64,000 nt of DNA. Source: Eledone cirrhosa (Eukaryota). A program made the translations under genes and the position numbers. The notes below the pieces were generated by a model. That model saw only the letters and a list, made by a program, of their open reading frames with translations, had not been told where the DNA came from and ran no database searches. Shown piece after piece: positions 39,127-53,560 of the stretch. The stretch is taken from contig OZ024741.1 of the NCBI GenBank assembly GCA_964016885.1, positions 391,964,001-392,028,000 on the forward strand. Direction: 5' to 3'. Positions within the stretch are counted from its first letter, which is position 1; every line of letters begins with the position of its first letter.

Positions 39127-39911
39127 CTAAAATATAACAAATATTGAAAAGTAATAATGCAAATAGGTTCTTGGGAAACTTCATCAATCATTACCACTGA
39201 TACCACCATATTTGTTAATTGATCTCATTTCTTCTATTGGCCTGTTTAGGATCTTATATATCAAAGTTTCTGAATCCATAGCAATTTACTTTATCAGATC
39301 TAATGCTCTAAATTGTAATTACCATCAATTTTGTTAATATTGCCCAAACATACCATGGATTAAAAACATGCACATAATTTTATCCTTTTGAATACTCAAC
39401 TACTACAGGATAACACATTATACAGAAAAATAAGAAACACAGGGAGGTATTGTGAATTTGGGCTACTCATTATCATCATTATTTAATGTTTAAATCCCGC
39501 CGAGGTTAACTTTGCCTTTCATCCTTACGGGGTCGATAAAATAAAGTACCAGTAATGCACTGGGTAATTGCTGGCCTTGTGCCTAACGTAGAAACAATTA
39601 TTTAATGTTTATTTTTCCACGCTTACATAGATTAGACAAGTTATCATGCTATGAGACAAGTCAGGTCTGGAGACCATATTTTGGTCATACAGACCTGTAT
39701 TTTGGTTTGGTTTCTACAAGTGGATGCCCTTCCTAATGCCAACAGCTACTATAGATTAACAATTAAGGGCTGCATTAAATGCAAGAATTGATGGAGCTGG
39801 TGTTATAATGTGTATTAAAGAAAAATATTTATGTGAAACTAAAACCTGAAAAAGAAAAGGGTCAGTTAAAGGATGATATTAAACAAAATGAAACGGTAAA
39901 AATGACCAAAC

Positions 39912-40022
39912 CTTGGGATGCTTTGCTACTTCTTTTGATGAAGGGACTGCATCTTTAACAATGACAGGAACAGCTCCAACTTTAGTCAGAGCAGTATATC
40001 TTGGTACAATTGGGTCAATGAC
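39912..40022 (-). CDS. EPRS1: EPRS exon, GluRS anticodon-binding domain
   Basis: VIDPIVPRYTALTKVGAVPVIVKDAVPSSKEVAKHPK. Confidence 0.95.
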
Positions 40023-41600
40023 CTGAAATTAATTATTATATAATTAGAATTATCAAAATATTAAATACATAATTAGCATTATTGAGATATTAAATACTGT
40101 TTCAGTTAATCAGTTTTCATTAAGTTACATTCAACTAATTCAATTGATGTAGGATACATAGTATAATTATATTTTTATGACCCTTTAGACAAGATGTTAG
40201 AATTTGGTATCATTGCTTACAGTCAACAAACTAATGAGAGAGCTATTAATATAAAACCTATTTGAGTTATCTGAGCATGTTTGGGTGGATTAGTGTGAAT
40301 AATTCTGAAAATACTTGAGATTTTAGAAGTTGGTAACAAATACCCAAAATTTTCATTTATGGGGAAGATTGTAAAATTTTGGACACTGTAAAAGTGGCAT
40401 ATTTTTCATCCTATCAGTGGTAGGATTTCTCATACAAGTTCTAATAACTTTTGTGGGGCAAAAGAGTTACTAATTGTAAAGAAATTTGGCATTACTGTTG
40501 GATTGTATGAGCCAAAATTTCAAATTTCTTATAGGTATGTTTAATCCAGAAAAACAGAGCTTTTACATTAAACAATCTAAAAATTATTAATTTTAAAATA
40601 TCTAGAACTTATTTCTGAGTTATCTGAGCATTTTGGGGTGCATCATTGTGAATAATTCTGAAATACATGAGATTTTCAAAGATGGTTGAAAATGGCAAAA
40701 ATTTAAATATTCTTAGTAGTAAAAAAACAGAGTTTCTACTTTAAAATATGTCCAAATTACCTATTTTAACAAATGTAGAAGCTATTAGTGAGAAACCTGG
40801 TGCATGAATATACTAACAACTGATGTTAAGAGTTAAATTTATTAAATTTATTTTTTATCATTTCAATGAATTAAAGACTGACGAGGTTCAGATTCCGGTG
40901 TATTTTTATATTTTTAACTGTGTGATAAAATTCTTCAATAAATGAATCTCCATTGTAAATAAAACTTGTTAAAAAGACAGTTTTGAATCAAGTAGTGAAT
41001 AGACATAACTTTGTTGTTTTTATTATAAAGAAAGTTTGTCTATGATTGATTCAATTCATTTTCTCTTCTTAAACTGCAAGTCCCTTGTTGTTATTAATGA
41101 GTACTTCAAAATGTGTGAAAGTCATTATTGGGATGTATGAATTTGGCTAAGCTTGAGTAATTGAAGAATATCTGAGGAAATTATAAAACCTCATTGGGGA
41201 TAAACTTGCCAATCTTCATGTCAATGAAATATAAAGCTTGGACTGGGTAGAACACAAGTAAATTGGGTATACACAGAAATTATTGGAAGTTAAAAAAATA
41301 AGAAAAGAAACACTTGTTTTACTGTGTTATTTCCAGCCAAGTCAGCCATGATAATTCACACATGTATAACTGCTTCACTTATGACTGACAATATATTGAA
41401 ATCCTGTAATCACCTAAGGGAATTTAAATCACCAAGGCTATGCAATTAGATTAAGTATTTGAAAGTAGAATTAATGATAAAAACATTAAATTAATTCAAT
41501 ATAACAGGTTAAGATTTATTGAATCTATAATAAATAGCAGATAAAATACTTTCCATTCTTCAAAGAGTAATATAAATTATTTTTTGTAATGACAACTTAC

Positions 41601-41660
41601 CTTTTTATTGATTGCCCATATTTTGTCCCATTCCATCATGACTACTGATTTTGAAGATCC
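41601..41660 (-). CDS. EPRS1: EPRS exon, GluRS
   Basis: GSSKSVVMMEWDKIWAINKK; 60 nt, TAG/GTAAGT. Confidence 0.95.
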
Positions 41661-43006
41661 CTAGAAAAAAAAAAAAATGGAAACCAATTGTTTAGATTTT
41701 CTAATAATTTTGCTATTCATTAATCTATTTTAACAAACAAATAATCCATAATTAAGGATCAAAGAGAAAACACTAAACTGTGTCTTTTTAAAAGTTTGAA
41801 ATTAAAAACAAATATCATTCACAATTGAAGTATCTGAAGCAACAAAGTAATGACTATATTTTAATATCAAGACAAACATTTACTTTACAGCAAATAATTA
41901 AATAAAAAATTAAGAAGAAAATATAAGCTATGTAATAAAAAAAAAAGCAACAAAGAATATCAATAACATTTTTAAAAATAAGTGTGTATGTTGTGAGAAG
42001 AGGGGAGTTCTGGTGTGTTGTGTAGAGACTTTCAATAAAGAAGAAAAAAGTATTAATCATCACATAAAACAGCCCCCCAAAATTCACATTTGGAAAATTT
42101 CTATATTTTTTTACACATTGCAGTTGATAACAAACATACCATATATGAGCTGAGAAATATGACTAACAAATCGGTGGGGTAGTTTATTTAATCATCATCA
42201 TCCTTTAATGTCCATCTTCCACGCTAGCATGGGTTAGATGCAATTGTCCCACTTGAGGCAAGATTGGTCAGGTGACCGTGTCTCGCTCGTATAGGACTGT
42301 ATTTGGCAGGTTTTCTATGGCTGGACGCCCTTCCTAACAACATATATGTGGTAAATATTTTGCTGATTTTCACCAACTTCAAAATTCTATATAAATGCGG
42401 TGCTAAAATATTTTTGCTTTGGAGGTGAATATTACACTGGTTTCACTTTCGACTTGAAATTCATATTTCCTATTGTTTTTTATATGTTTTGAATGAATAT
42501 GGCCTTCAAAACAGTCGGAAATTGGTAAGAAATCATTGGAGTTGTGAAACCAAAATTATGCTCTAAACGATACTGAAAACATTTTAAATATTAAAACTTC
42601 ATAAATATAATCTCCACTCATGAGAATTTCAAAACCACACCCTCTAAACATAATTTGTTGATTACTTGTCGCAGTTTATAAAATGGGTTTGGATTTTTGC
42701 TTATTTCTCAGACATAAAATAGGGGATCGGTTTATATTCGAGTATAAACAGAGATCTTTTAGGAAACGTTTAGGTAGAGGTAACATAACATTCAAAACTA
42801 GAGTTGTGAGTAAGAAAATAACATAGGATTTACTTTTTAACATTTGTAGTTCCAGGTTCACAAAAACAGCCAATCTTATTTTCATAATTAAACTATCATT
42901 TAGAAGCAAAATGTATTAAAGATAAGCATAGGAACACTGACAATATTTGTAGGGAATTTGTTACATACAAAATTCTTTAAATCTCTATAAAAAGTTCAAC
43001 ACTTAC

Positions 43007-43091
43007 TTGAGTGATTATAAACTGTTTTAAGCCTTCAATAGTCATTCCTCTTCTTAATATGCCTCGAACAGTAGGGAAACGAGGATCATCC
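43007..43091 (-). CDS. EPRS1: EPRS exon, GluRS
   Basis: [28 protein letters not shown]. Confidence 0.97.
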
Positions 43092-43273
43092 CTAGAAAAT
43101 GAGATTTATATTTTATAAAAAAAATACAAGGAAGCAAACAATTAAAATATTGATTTTACTAAAGCAGTTTATGTAGGAGAAATTTATCAAGTAGAATAGA
43201 AAGGCTACAGACAAATGTTATGAATTTTGAGCATTTGCAATCCACAAATAATACAATTATGCTATTTTATATA

Positions 43274-43769
43274 CTGTATATGCCAATGTACAAGTTGATA
43301 TTTGGAGCCTAAAAATATCTTTCCAAAACCAGGGGTCGACATGTCTGCCAAATATAAAATGTGAACCTTTACCACTGAGGGGTATACAGTGAAACTGCCT
43401 AACACTCATTGCATACCACTTACCATAACTATAGCAGCTCCCCACAATTATTTCCTACTGAATTTCATATCTCTTAAGTCTATTTAACGTAAAGATTATA
43501 ATAATATCAATGACTTGCTGTAGCTCATAGGGTAGGTTATTATAGGTCCGTTAAGGTTAGGCTAGGTTGGCTTCCTCAGTGAGTTAGAACTCACTTGTAA
43601 CTGAAGTGTTTTAGAAGAAATGTCTTAGTCTTTAGCACGCCACTAAATATTTTAAATAATTTCCCTTGCAACTGCCTTATTTTTTGGGGTCGTCTTATCC
43701 GGCAAATATAGGCCTAAACCTGAATCACACCTCAGAATTTTAGGGGTCGACCTATGCCAGCATATACGG
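43274..43769. mobile_element. Tc2/pogo-like MITE
   Basis: TA-ctgtatatgccaatgtacaagttga ... tcgacctatgccagcatatacgg-TA. Confidence 0.7.
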
Positions 43770-44529
43770 TAGTTCAGAAATATCTGTCTTCTTTTCCTTT
43801 TAATCTCTGCTAAATATATTGTATAGTTGATCATTTTGTCTTTAACAAGTAATCATATGAGACAATGAATTGGCAGAGTCGTTAGAATGTCAGATACAAT
43901 GCTTTGTGGAATTCGTTTTGGCTCTCTGTTCTCTGAGTTCAAATCCCGTTGTGGATAAAAAAAGTGCCAGTCAAGTACTGGGGTCGATTCTTCCGCCATA
44001 TCTTATCTCAGTTCTATTCACTCAATCTCTATCTAGAAGATATCTGCTGTATTCAGACATGGAAAGGGATGGGTTCCATCAGGTTTAAAAGAAAATGCCC
44101 TGGAAACACTACGTCAATACGGCGCCCCAACGACTCCCTCAGGAGTTACAGGACCACGCATGCATGCAAGTAACCATATATGGATGAAACAATGTTGTAA
44201 GAATACAAACTAAGAACATAGTTTTACTGAATATAAAACACTTAATTCAGTAGCAATGTAGTCTAAGATGTGTGTGTGTGTAGCAATAGCAATATATGTG
44301 TGGTAGGATGGAGGATAGCAGGACACCAGCATCAGCATAATAAATTTTGAAAAAAAAAACACTCATTTCAGACAGATATGCACTTCATTTATTTCATGTA
44401 GGAAGAATAGCTTCTGGTTTAGTTTATTAGGAATATTTCAAGAAAGAAAATTATAATGATAAACACAGTACTGCCTAGAGTACAGTAATGAAATAAGAAG
44501 AGGAAGGGGAAAACAAAAACAATACTTAC

Positions 44530-44638
44530 CAACCATCAACATATTTTTCATTGACAAACCAAGTAAGCTTTCGCTTAGACAAAACTGTATTTTGTAGATT
44601 TAATCGGCTATATTCATAGAGATATGGCTCACGTAAAC
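44530..44638 (-). CDS. EPRS1: EPRS exon, GluRS KMSKS-equivalent (VLSKR)
   Basis: [35 protein letters not shown]. Confidence 0.97.
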
Positions 44639-46823
44639 CTACAAGAAAAAGATTTCTAATGTTTATCTGAAGCTTATATTGCAGCATATATAATTATATT
44701 AGGTTGCTGTGTGTTTAGAATAGGTACAATGTATCTCTGCATGTTGTAAAAATGACCAAAAGTGTTTGTACCAGGTATCTGGCCATAAGTGATCAAAAAG
44801 GACCCCATAATTAACACCTATTCTCGCAGGAAAAAAATGCCCATAACCCTTTAGCATTTAAACTGGCTGTACCTGGCCAGAATTTTCTCACCTCTTTCTG
44901 TTCAAACTGACTGTAACCAGCTGCTCATACTTATGTTAAGGTATTGTTCTCAAAATCTTGTAGATTTGATTATGTGAGATAAAGTGTTTACCATGAAAAT
45001 ACAATAGTAAATATAGAGTAAATAAACACTTGCTGCTACTGCATTTGGTTCAGAATAGGTACACCATATCTTTGTATGTGGTATGAGGCAACTAAAAGGG
45101 TTTGTGCCAGAAAAGGCATCCAGCTTCAAAAAGAGTTCCATGATGTGTATGAAGCCTGTCATGGGGTCTACAAGGCTAACTCCTGATTTAGGAAGGAAAA
45201 TTGTCTTAAAAAACCTTTTTATTTTTGGCACTAATAAATATGTGTATTTTCTTATAGAAAAGTGCAATATTTTTACCAGATTAATAAGAACATGAAAGTA
45301 TTAGGACAGTCTTTGAAAAAAAACATTAGCTAACTTCAAAATAAATAACGAATGTCTATTTAACTGATGAAATTGATATAAAAAAATGTAATTTAATCAA
45401 AGAAAAAGTTGCAAGTATTTTAGTAAAATTCGAAAACATTTTCTATGTTGTATTTTCTAAAAATGAAAATCAAAGGTTTCAATCAAATCCAAATGGAAGA
45501 CATCTACCAGCAGGAAACCTCTAAAGATACTTAACCCCTTTGATACTAAATTGCATGAAACCATCTTTGTTTCTACATTACAAAACTGTTTGTTTTAAAG
45601 TGTTTATATTTATCTAAAAATTTTCCATCATAATTTTATGTAAGAACTCTTGATAACAAACAACAGCTTAATAATGAGATGGTTAGCTATATTACTAAAT
45701 CTTTCAAAATTCTCGATTATTTTCAAAATTATTTGAAAACATTTTTCATTAGAAATTTTGTCTTTAATAGATATGAACGGAATAGCCAAAATCTTATCTT
45801 CAGATCATTACTTTACATTTTAAAAATGACCTTTAATTCTTGAATGTTAATGAAAGTATTTTTGAGTGAAAATATGGAAAATGTTTGAAATAATGAGTCA
45901 CCTTCTTATTGAATGTTAACAATGAATAAATCATCATAATTTTATATCTGTTGAATGAATTTAACAAAAGTTTTAAATGTTAAGAACAGCAATAGAAATG
46001 GTATTATATTTGGATATGGCCCTGTATATCATTGAAATATTTCTAGTCAGTTTATGTTAAACTTTACTGAGTTCACACTTATTTCTAATATTACATGTTT
46101 TGTCAACACAAATCTGTTGAAGTATAAACGAACACATAAACATTGTAAAATGCAAACTTTTTACATACTTATGAAAAGCAAAGTGTAATGTTTAGAATTA
46201 GTGAATCTAGAAAACCTGCAATAAGTGGAGACTAGAGTTTGGTTTGTTGAATATGAATCACCATTATCATTTCATGCTTGCTTTCCATGCTGGCATGGGT
46301 TTGATGGTAAGGGTTCAAGTTAGTTCTTATTTGGAGTTATTTCCCCCCTAGACAGGTTGAAGGACTACATCTTACTCATAAGTTACAAATTTTTGCATGA
46401 TTTCTATGGCCGGATGCCCTTCCTAACACCAACCACTTAACAGAGTGCACTGGGTGCATTTTATCATGGCACCAGTACTAGAGAGGCTTCTTCTGTTCAA
46501 TTGCCAAGTAAATATATATAATTGTTTCTACTTTAGGCACAAGGCCAGCAATTACCCAGTTCATTACTGGTACTTTATTTTATCGACCCCGTAAGGATGA
46601 AAAGCAAAGTCAACCTCGGCGGCATTTGAACTCAGATCATAAAGGGACGTAAATATATATAATGTAAACGAACAATGCATGCTGGGTAAAAATGATGAAT
46701 GATTTGATGATAGCAGCTGAAGAGATATATTGCAGGCTTATTCTACAAATGTCAGCATGGAAAAACAATCAGAAGTATCATCATCATGATTATGATGATA
46801 TGAAAACTACTACTGACCTATAA

Positions 46824-47460
46824 CTTTTTTTTTTTAATATTAGAAAACTAATATAATTTTATTAAGGCGTAACCGTAAAAAAATATTACAAATAGAAAGA
46901 GAAAGGAAAAAAGATAAAGAAAAAAAACACGCAAGCAGGTAATACATACATCTAGGACCACATACAACAAAAGGCAAGCGAAAGGGGTGAACTAACGAAC
47001 CACGAGGAGCACTGGGGAACCTCTCTAATAATTTTTTAAGTAAGCCAGCATGCTCACAGCATTACCTCGGGTGATGGCAAGGGTGAGGTGCTGGAACAAC
47101 CAAGCGCACTCACGAACATCACCAGTTACTTCAGTTAGGTGAGCCGCCAGTGAACTTGTAGTCAGCAGCCCACCTCCCCCAAACATCTCGAACGCTACAG
47201 GCTGGAAAATGTAGTTAGCCAACAGATAACGGTATTTCAGGATTTTGTTCCATTCAGCTGCGGAAGCTGTAACTCTAGCCTTAGCCGCAGCATCCAGGAT
47301 GTGGGGAGAAACAAAAGAGTCACTAACTGTGGCGTCCCAAATAAGACACCTGCCTCTTAACCAGGGGAACAGGGTAAGACCGTTAGGTCTTTTTCCATCA
47401 ATTCTGGACAATCCAGACAGTTCCAAAATTGAGGGGATGTTTGCCTGGGCCAAAGCTTTC
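46824..47460 (-). mobile_element. 3' fragment of a restriction-like-endonuclease (RLE) non-LTR retrotransposon, CRE-like
   Basis: GLSRIDGKRPNGLTLFPW...LIWDATVSD...AEWNKILKY...FQPVAFEMFG resembles the RPD...D...K..KY RLE signature (RPD changed to RPN); poly(A)-like tail at ~46825. Confidence 0.75.
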
Positions 47461-47717
47461 TGTGTATTTTACTATGATGATGACGAGATACCCTGCATGC
47501 ATTTTGAAGAGTAAACCCACAGACTCATAGGTCAGTAATTTCCATATTGTCACAAGCATTGTTTTGTCTCTAAGAAAATGCTTACAATATAACTTAAACT
47601 TCATAATAGGAAAGGTTATTAACTCATTTGCTCTAACAATACATATATCTGTATTTTCAGACCATTAAAACCCATATAAAAATAAATTATGCTGAATCAG
47701 GAATAAACATATCTTAC

Positions 47718-47842
47718 CAAGCTTTTTCAGAATCCAGAAATATTGTTCATCTCTGTCATGATATTCAGTTGTGCGAAGTGCATGTGTCACACCCTCAACA
47801 CTGTCCACTATAGGACAAGCAAAATCATAAGTTGGGTATACT
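47718..47842 (-). CDS. EPRS1: EPRS exon, GluRS
   Basis: [41 protein letters not shown]. Confidence 0.97.
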
Positions 47843-48451
47843 CTGAGGATAAACCAAGTAAACAGTTAATACCAGAAATCTAAATATATACAAAACTGAG
47901 GCAATTAATCAGGAAACATAGGAAACAAAGATGTTGATATAAATAAACTAAATAAGTAGATTAGCCTAAAAAGAAAGGGTAATGTTTATGTTTCGGTATT
48001 AAAATCATCATCGTTTAACATCCATTTTCCACACTAGCATGGGCTAGCCGCATTGTCCCATTGTGAGACAAGTCAGATCAAGTGATCGTGTCTTGTTCAT
48101 ACAGAACTGTTTCTCGCTTGGTTTCTATGGCTGAATGCCCTTCCTAACGCCAACTACATTTTCAGTGTGAATTGGGTGCTTTTTATCGTAGCACCAAAAC
48201 AACCAACTGAAAAGTTGGACCAGGTGCTTTTTGTCATGTTACCAACACAACTACCTTACAAGGTGGACCAGGTGCTTTTGTCATGTCACCAACATGACCA
48301 CCTTAAATGTTTAATTTAAATTGTTGCAAATTTGATACTTGATTAGAGCTGAATTGAGGTTAAACAAACAAAAACGAGACATAAGGTATGATATAGACTA
48401 TTTATGTGTCATTGATTTTAAAGAGAAAAATACTTTTAAGAATGGCCTTAC

Positions 48452-48623
48452 TTATATTTATCACCCGTTCTAACATGAGTCTCAGGTTTACAACGGTAAA
48501 GTGTTGGATCACGCATGCAGCCATTGGCAGAATTCATATCAATTTTAGCACGCACACAACAGGTCTTTCCAATTTCTGAACCAGATTTCATTTCTTCCCA
48601 CAATTTCAAATTTTCAGCTACAC
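48452..48623 (-). CDS. EPRS1: EPRS exon, GluRS
   Basis: [56 protein letters not shown]. Confidence 0.96.
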
Positions 48624-50379
48624 CTGTAAAATATAAAGAAGTAAAAGACAATGAGATCTTCTATGCATTCTTTCAACCAGTTAGAAACAGCACCCAAACC
48701 TCCTTCAAACCACATCATATCATTTTTTTTAAAAAGGACACATTGAATAATGCAATCCATTGCCTGAAAAAGAAATGGGATGATCATGGCTGGAATTTCT
48801 TTCATCAAAGAGCTAAAAATAGCAAAAAAAAAAAAAAAAAAAAAAAAAGTGAAGCAAGCACTTGAGATTTATGAATAAACTTTATCAAAATTAAACTGTT
48901 GAATAAATGTTCTGTTGCCATAAAAGCAATTAACCACTTTGTTTTGTTTTATTAATATATTTTTATTTTTACTGATATTTTTGAAATGTCATTCCAGTAA
49001 GAAGTTCTGATCATGTTTTTATTAAAATAATAATAATAATGAAATATTGTGTAGTGCTCAGGTGCACTACAACTCATCAAAAAGTGTATGTATAGTACAT
49101 AGGGTAATGTACTATACATTATTGGTAGCTTTGTTCTATATTCAATGAAGATTAGTTCATAATTATTTAAAATTTGCATTGATTTATATTTCTAGAACAT
49201 ACTCCTTTCCAATTTCTAAAACTGTTGGTGATCTACACAAATGCACCCTGAACATGCTGTTAAGTGGTTGGCATCCAGCGATAGAAAGATGGCTAAATAA
49301 AGGGTTTGGAGGATCCTTCAGTTGTGTCAAGAACATGACAGCCTCCCTAGCATTGGTGGTCTATATGATAAACACACTCAGTACATGTAGTAAAATGGTT
49401 GATAATATGAAGGGTATCTAGCTGTAGAAAGCCTGCCAAACAAAGGGTTGGGAGGACCTTCAGTTGTGTCAAAGCATGACAATCTCCCCTGTGCACCCGA
49501 TAAAACATAAGACTATATGTGAGATGCTAACCTACCAGCCTGTCTAGGATGTCAGTAGCCCAGCTTTAGTACTGAATTGATCTAAATAGACCCATCCAAC
49601 CCTGGCCATCAGGGGAAGCGGATATTAAATGATGATGATGAAACAATTTATGTAGAAAATGTGGCACTAAACTAGCCTCATGGACATCAGCCCAAGCCTG
49701 ATGATGAAGGCGAATGATAAAATGTTACTCCTTAGAGTATTAACAGGCAATTTGACAAGCAATTATGCTCCACAGATAAGATTAACATAATCACAAGGAC
49801 GAGTTTTACAAGTTTCAAGAGGGAAATCTTCATTGAATAAACAAATTTTAACATTTGATGGGTTTGCAATATGGCATAACATTATTCTATAACAGTATAA
49901 TCTTGTTTGTAAGACCCAACATTTTGAGATCTGATCTTCCCACTTTTTACAACAGAGCCTTTACATGGTTGCTTAACCTACCAGAAACAGCATGCAAATC
50001 TCTCTAAAACCCTAATATTAAAAAATACATGTAGTCAGGCATACACTATGTTAAAAAAGTACAAGATGGTCATGGTTAGAATGCTTTAGATTTGTTTCAT
50101 AATGGCTGGCTTGGGGTTAAACAACAGCAAAACATTTCAATTGATTTGTATAGTTCTGTGGCTCAAGGCATGAGACGAGAGTGGGTGGAAGACCTCATGA
50201 AATGTGTAACATGAATTTACTGGCACAAACTAGACAACCACCCAATAGACAGTGGTATAGAGAACTAAATATATTTGGTCCTTTATATGTATATATATCA
50301 GGATACTACTAGTTTTAAACTAGTAAGACCATTACTCAGCAGAGTACTTGGGATAGTAAAGTGTGACTACATTAGACAG

Positions 50380-50760
50380 AGTTGGGGCCTGACTGCTGAG
50401 CTCTTGCCATTTCAACAGCTCATTCCCGAGTGGTGACAAAAACTACCTGCTGTGAAATAGCCATCTCGTCAGAGGCGTGGCTTAGGTGATTGACGTGTCA
50501 GTAAATGGATAACTGCCATTAATGAAAGTTTTAGAATAAATTGTTTGTTTTATATAATGATACACACACAAACCACACTCTGAAAATATAAAAACAAACT
50601 TTCATTAATGGCATTTAAAGAGCCATTGACTGTTTATCCATTTATAGACATGGCAATATATCTAAGCCATAAACCTAATGACATGGCTATTTCACAGCAG
50701 GTAGTTTCATCACCAGTTTGCTGTCAAGACGGCAAGAGCTCAACCATCGGAGCCCCAACT
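50380..50760. mobile_element. Fold-back MITE (~380 bp imperfect palindrome)
   Basis: agttggggc...gagctcttgcc...acctgctgtgaaatagccat...gccattaatgaaagttt mirrored by aaactttcattaatggc...atggctatttcacagcaggt...ggcaagagctc...gccccaact. Confidence 0.78.
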
Positions 50761-51204
50761 ATCTCATATATATCACCATCATCATCATCATCATCGTTTA
50801 ACGTCCATCTTCCACGTTACCATCTGTATATATATATATATATATATACATATAATCATCATTGCAGTTTAATATCCATGTTGCTAGCATGAGTTAGATG
50901 AGTTGTCTCATGAGACATGTCAGATCAGATGACCATGTCTTGCTCATAGAAAACTGTTTCTCGCTTGGTTTCTATAGCTAGATGCCCTTCCTAATGCCAA
51001 CCCCATTTACAGCGTGGACTGGGTGCTTTTTATCGCGGCACCAAAATGATCAACTAACCAGGTTGGACTGTACTTTTTCATTGTGTATCCAGCACAACTA
51101 CCTAACAGAGTGGACCTGGTGCTTTTTGGCATGTCACCAACACAACCACCTTACAGAGTGGGCTAGGTGCTTTTTGATGTTTCACCAACATGACCACCTT
51201 ACAT

Positions 51205-51523
51205 ATCATCATCATCATTTTATGTCCGCTTTTCCCTGCTTGCAAGGGTAGGATGGGAACTGATTCTGGCTTGATTTCTACAGAACACCAACCTCATTTA
51301 CAGTGAGTGCTGGGTGCTTTTTTGCCGTGGTACCTCCACGACCACTTTGCAGTGGAATGATAGGGACCCCAGTCCCTATCATCTCATTTCTACAGCTGAG
51401 TAAACTGGAGCAATGTGAAATAAAGTATCTTGCTCAAGGAAACAACATACCACCTGGTCTGAGAATTGAACTCACAACCTTTCGATTGCAAGGCCAATGC
51501 TCTAACCACTAAGCCATGTGCCT
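51205..51523 (-). mobile_element. tRNA-derived CORE-like SINE with RTE tail
   Basis: Reverse complement of the same family. Confidence 0.85.
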
Positions 51524-51561
51524 ACACTACATATCCTTTTAAGAATTGAATTCAAACTTAC

Positions 51562-51754
51562 TTTGATTTCTACATGCTGATTCTTTCCTTTCTTCTCTCT
51601 CTTGTTTCATGATTTCAGGATTAGTATTATCGACATAGGCATGACCTTCTTTGATTAGGTTGACACAGAAATCAAGCAGGGTATCAAAATGGTTTGATGT
51701 ATAGCTTAGAACATCATACTTAATACCGAGAAGTTCGACATCTTTGAGAATTAC
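51562..51754 (-). CDS. EPRS1: EPRS exon, GluRS
   Basis: VILKDVELLGIKYDVLSYTSNHFDTLLDFCVNLIKEGHAYVDNTNPEIMKQEREERKESACRNQ. Confidence 0.96.
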
Positions 51755-52048
51755 CTGTTTAAAATATAGTAGCCATATATGAAGAAACTGTTTTCAATGG
51801 TTAACAAATTATATGGAATGGGTTCTCAGCTTTTTGTTATAAAGAAATATTCAAATCTCAATGTTTAAGTATTCACAAAATTGGAAAAATTGCTAAAAAA
51901 ATCAACACCAGGTCTGCAATACTGTATGAAATGACAATGCCAATTATATTCTGGAATCTAATATTAAGTAGTAAGCTAATATCAGTAGTATTCAGATTCA
52001 TGGAAAGTTTCAATAATGGACACAGAAAATGTTAATACAGTTTGTTAC

Positions 52049-52175
52049 CTTTTCAAATTCTTCATTTTCTTTGGCAGGGTTTGTATCATCAAATCTCATA
52101 ATCAAACGACCTTCAAACAATTTTTGATAATATTGATTTAACAAGGCAGCTTTTGCATGACCAATATGAAGATAC
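52049..52175 (-). CDS. EPRS1: EPRS exon, GluRS HIGH motif
   Basis: [42 protein letters not shown]. Confidence 0.97.
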
Positions 52176-53042
52176 CTGAAAATATATTAAAATACACATA
52201 TTTTCATAAAAATAATATATTATACTCATTTCAGTCATTAGACTGATGCAATGCTGGACCACCATCTTCATTTAGTTATCACATAATCCCAGTCCTTATT
52301 TTTTCCAAATCTAGTACTTATTCTATCAATTTCACTAAATTATGGGACATAAACAGACACAAATATAAACATAAACACACATATATATATGACAGGCTTC
52401 TGCAGTTTCTGCTTACATAATTCCACTCACAGAGCATTGGTTAACCTGAGGCTATAGTAAAAGACACGTGCCATACAGTGCAACTTAATCCAGAACGACG
52501 TTGTTGTGAAGCAAACTCCTTAATAATAATATACAATATATATATATATATATATGATATACCCCTTCTTACCTTTTCTACCTCCTTGTACTTCTTTGAC
52601 CACATGTTGGACTATAGTCCTTATTCTCTTCTATTTTACTATTTCTCTCCTTTGGCTAAACTCTGGTGCACTCGGTATTTGTATAATTTGCCTACAGGCA
52701 TAACTTGTCGTTACCTGTTTTGTTGTGTCTCAATGTACACTGGAATGAAAGGTATTGACCTTAATACACCGAAACCATAATGATTTCCAATGTTGACTAA
52801 GGAGATGGGACTGTCTGTCTTTCTGTTTTTTTTCCACTGTCTGTGTTCTGTGCACACCCTATTTTGAATATATATATGTTTATATTTGAGATATTTGGAG
52901 GTAAGAATCTTAGATAAAAAGATGATTGCTTCAACTCAACCTTTCCATTCAGTGGATGTCTGAAGAAATCTCCAGCCTAATGCTAATTGATTTATGGCCA
53001 AAATAATATCTATGGAAGAATAACATAACAAATGGAACTTAC

Positions 53043-53128
53043 CCACTTGCTTCTGGTGGAAATCTCACAACTACCTCTCCTTTTATAGCATTAGGTAACT
53101 CAACAAATTTGCCTTCTTCTTTCCGACC
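53043..53128 (-). CDS. EPRS1: EPRS exon, start of GluRS catalytic domain
   Basis: GRKEEGKFVELPNAIKGEVVVRFPPEASG. Confidence 0.96.
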
Positions 53129-53560
53129 CTGGCATAAATAAACACAAGCATTATACACATATGTAAGGAAGGGCATCCAGCTGTAGATTACCAAACCCAA
53201 AACAGAGTATATGAGCAAGATGTGGTAATCTGGGCTGTCTGGTCTTATGTTACACCCTGTCTAATCCATCTAAGCATGGAAAATAGACATTAAATGGTGA
53301 TAATGACGATGTTAAATACATATATGAGAAAAGTCAACAGAGAAAAAGAATAAAATACAATATATATTAGTTTAACACATGATATAGCAGGAAAAGAATT
53401 TTAATGTTTCAGACTTTAGTCCTTCATTGGAAGACAGAAAGAGAGGCAGAAGAAACAAAAAAATAAATGAGAACAAAAACAAGAAAGAAAGAAAGAAAAC
53501 GTTTTTCAGAAGGGATACACATGTAGTTAGCCATTTTTGAGGAAAAAAAAAATATATATA

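Noticed and set aside
40260-40700. Diverged ~75-bp direct repeats (40264 and 40617)
   Set aside because: Probably internal repeats of an old DNA transposon; no termini or function could be supported.
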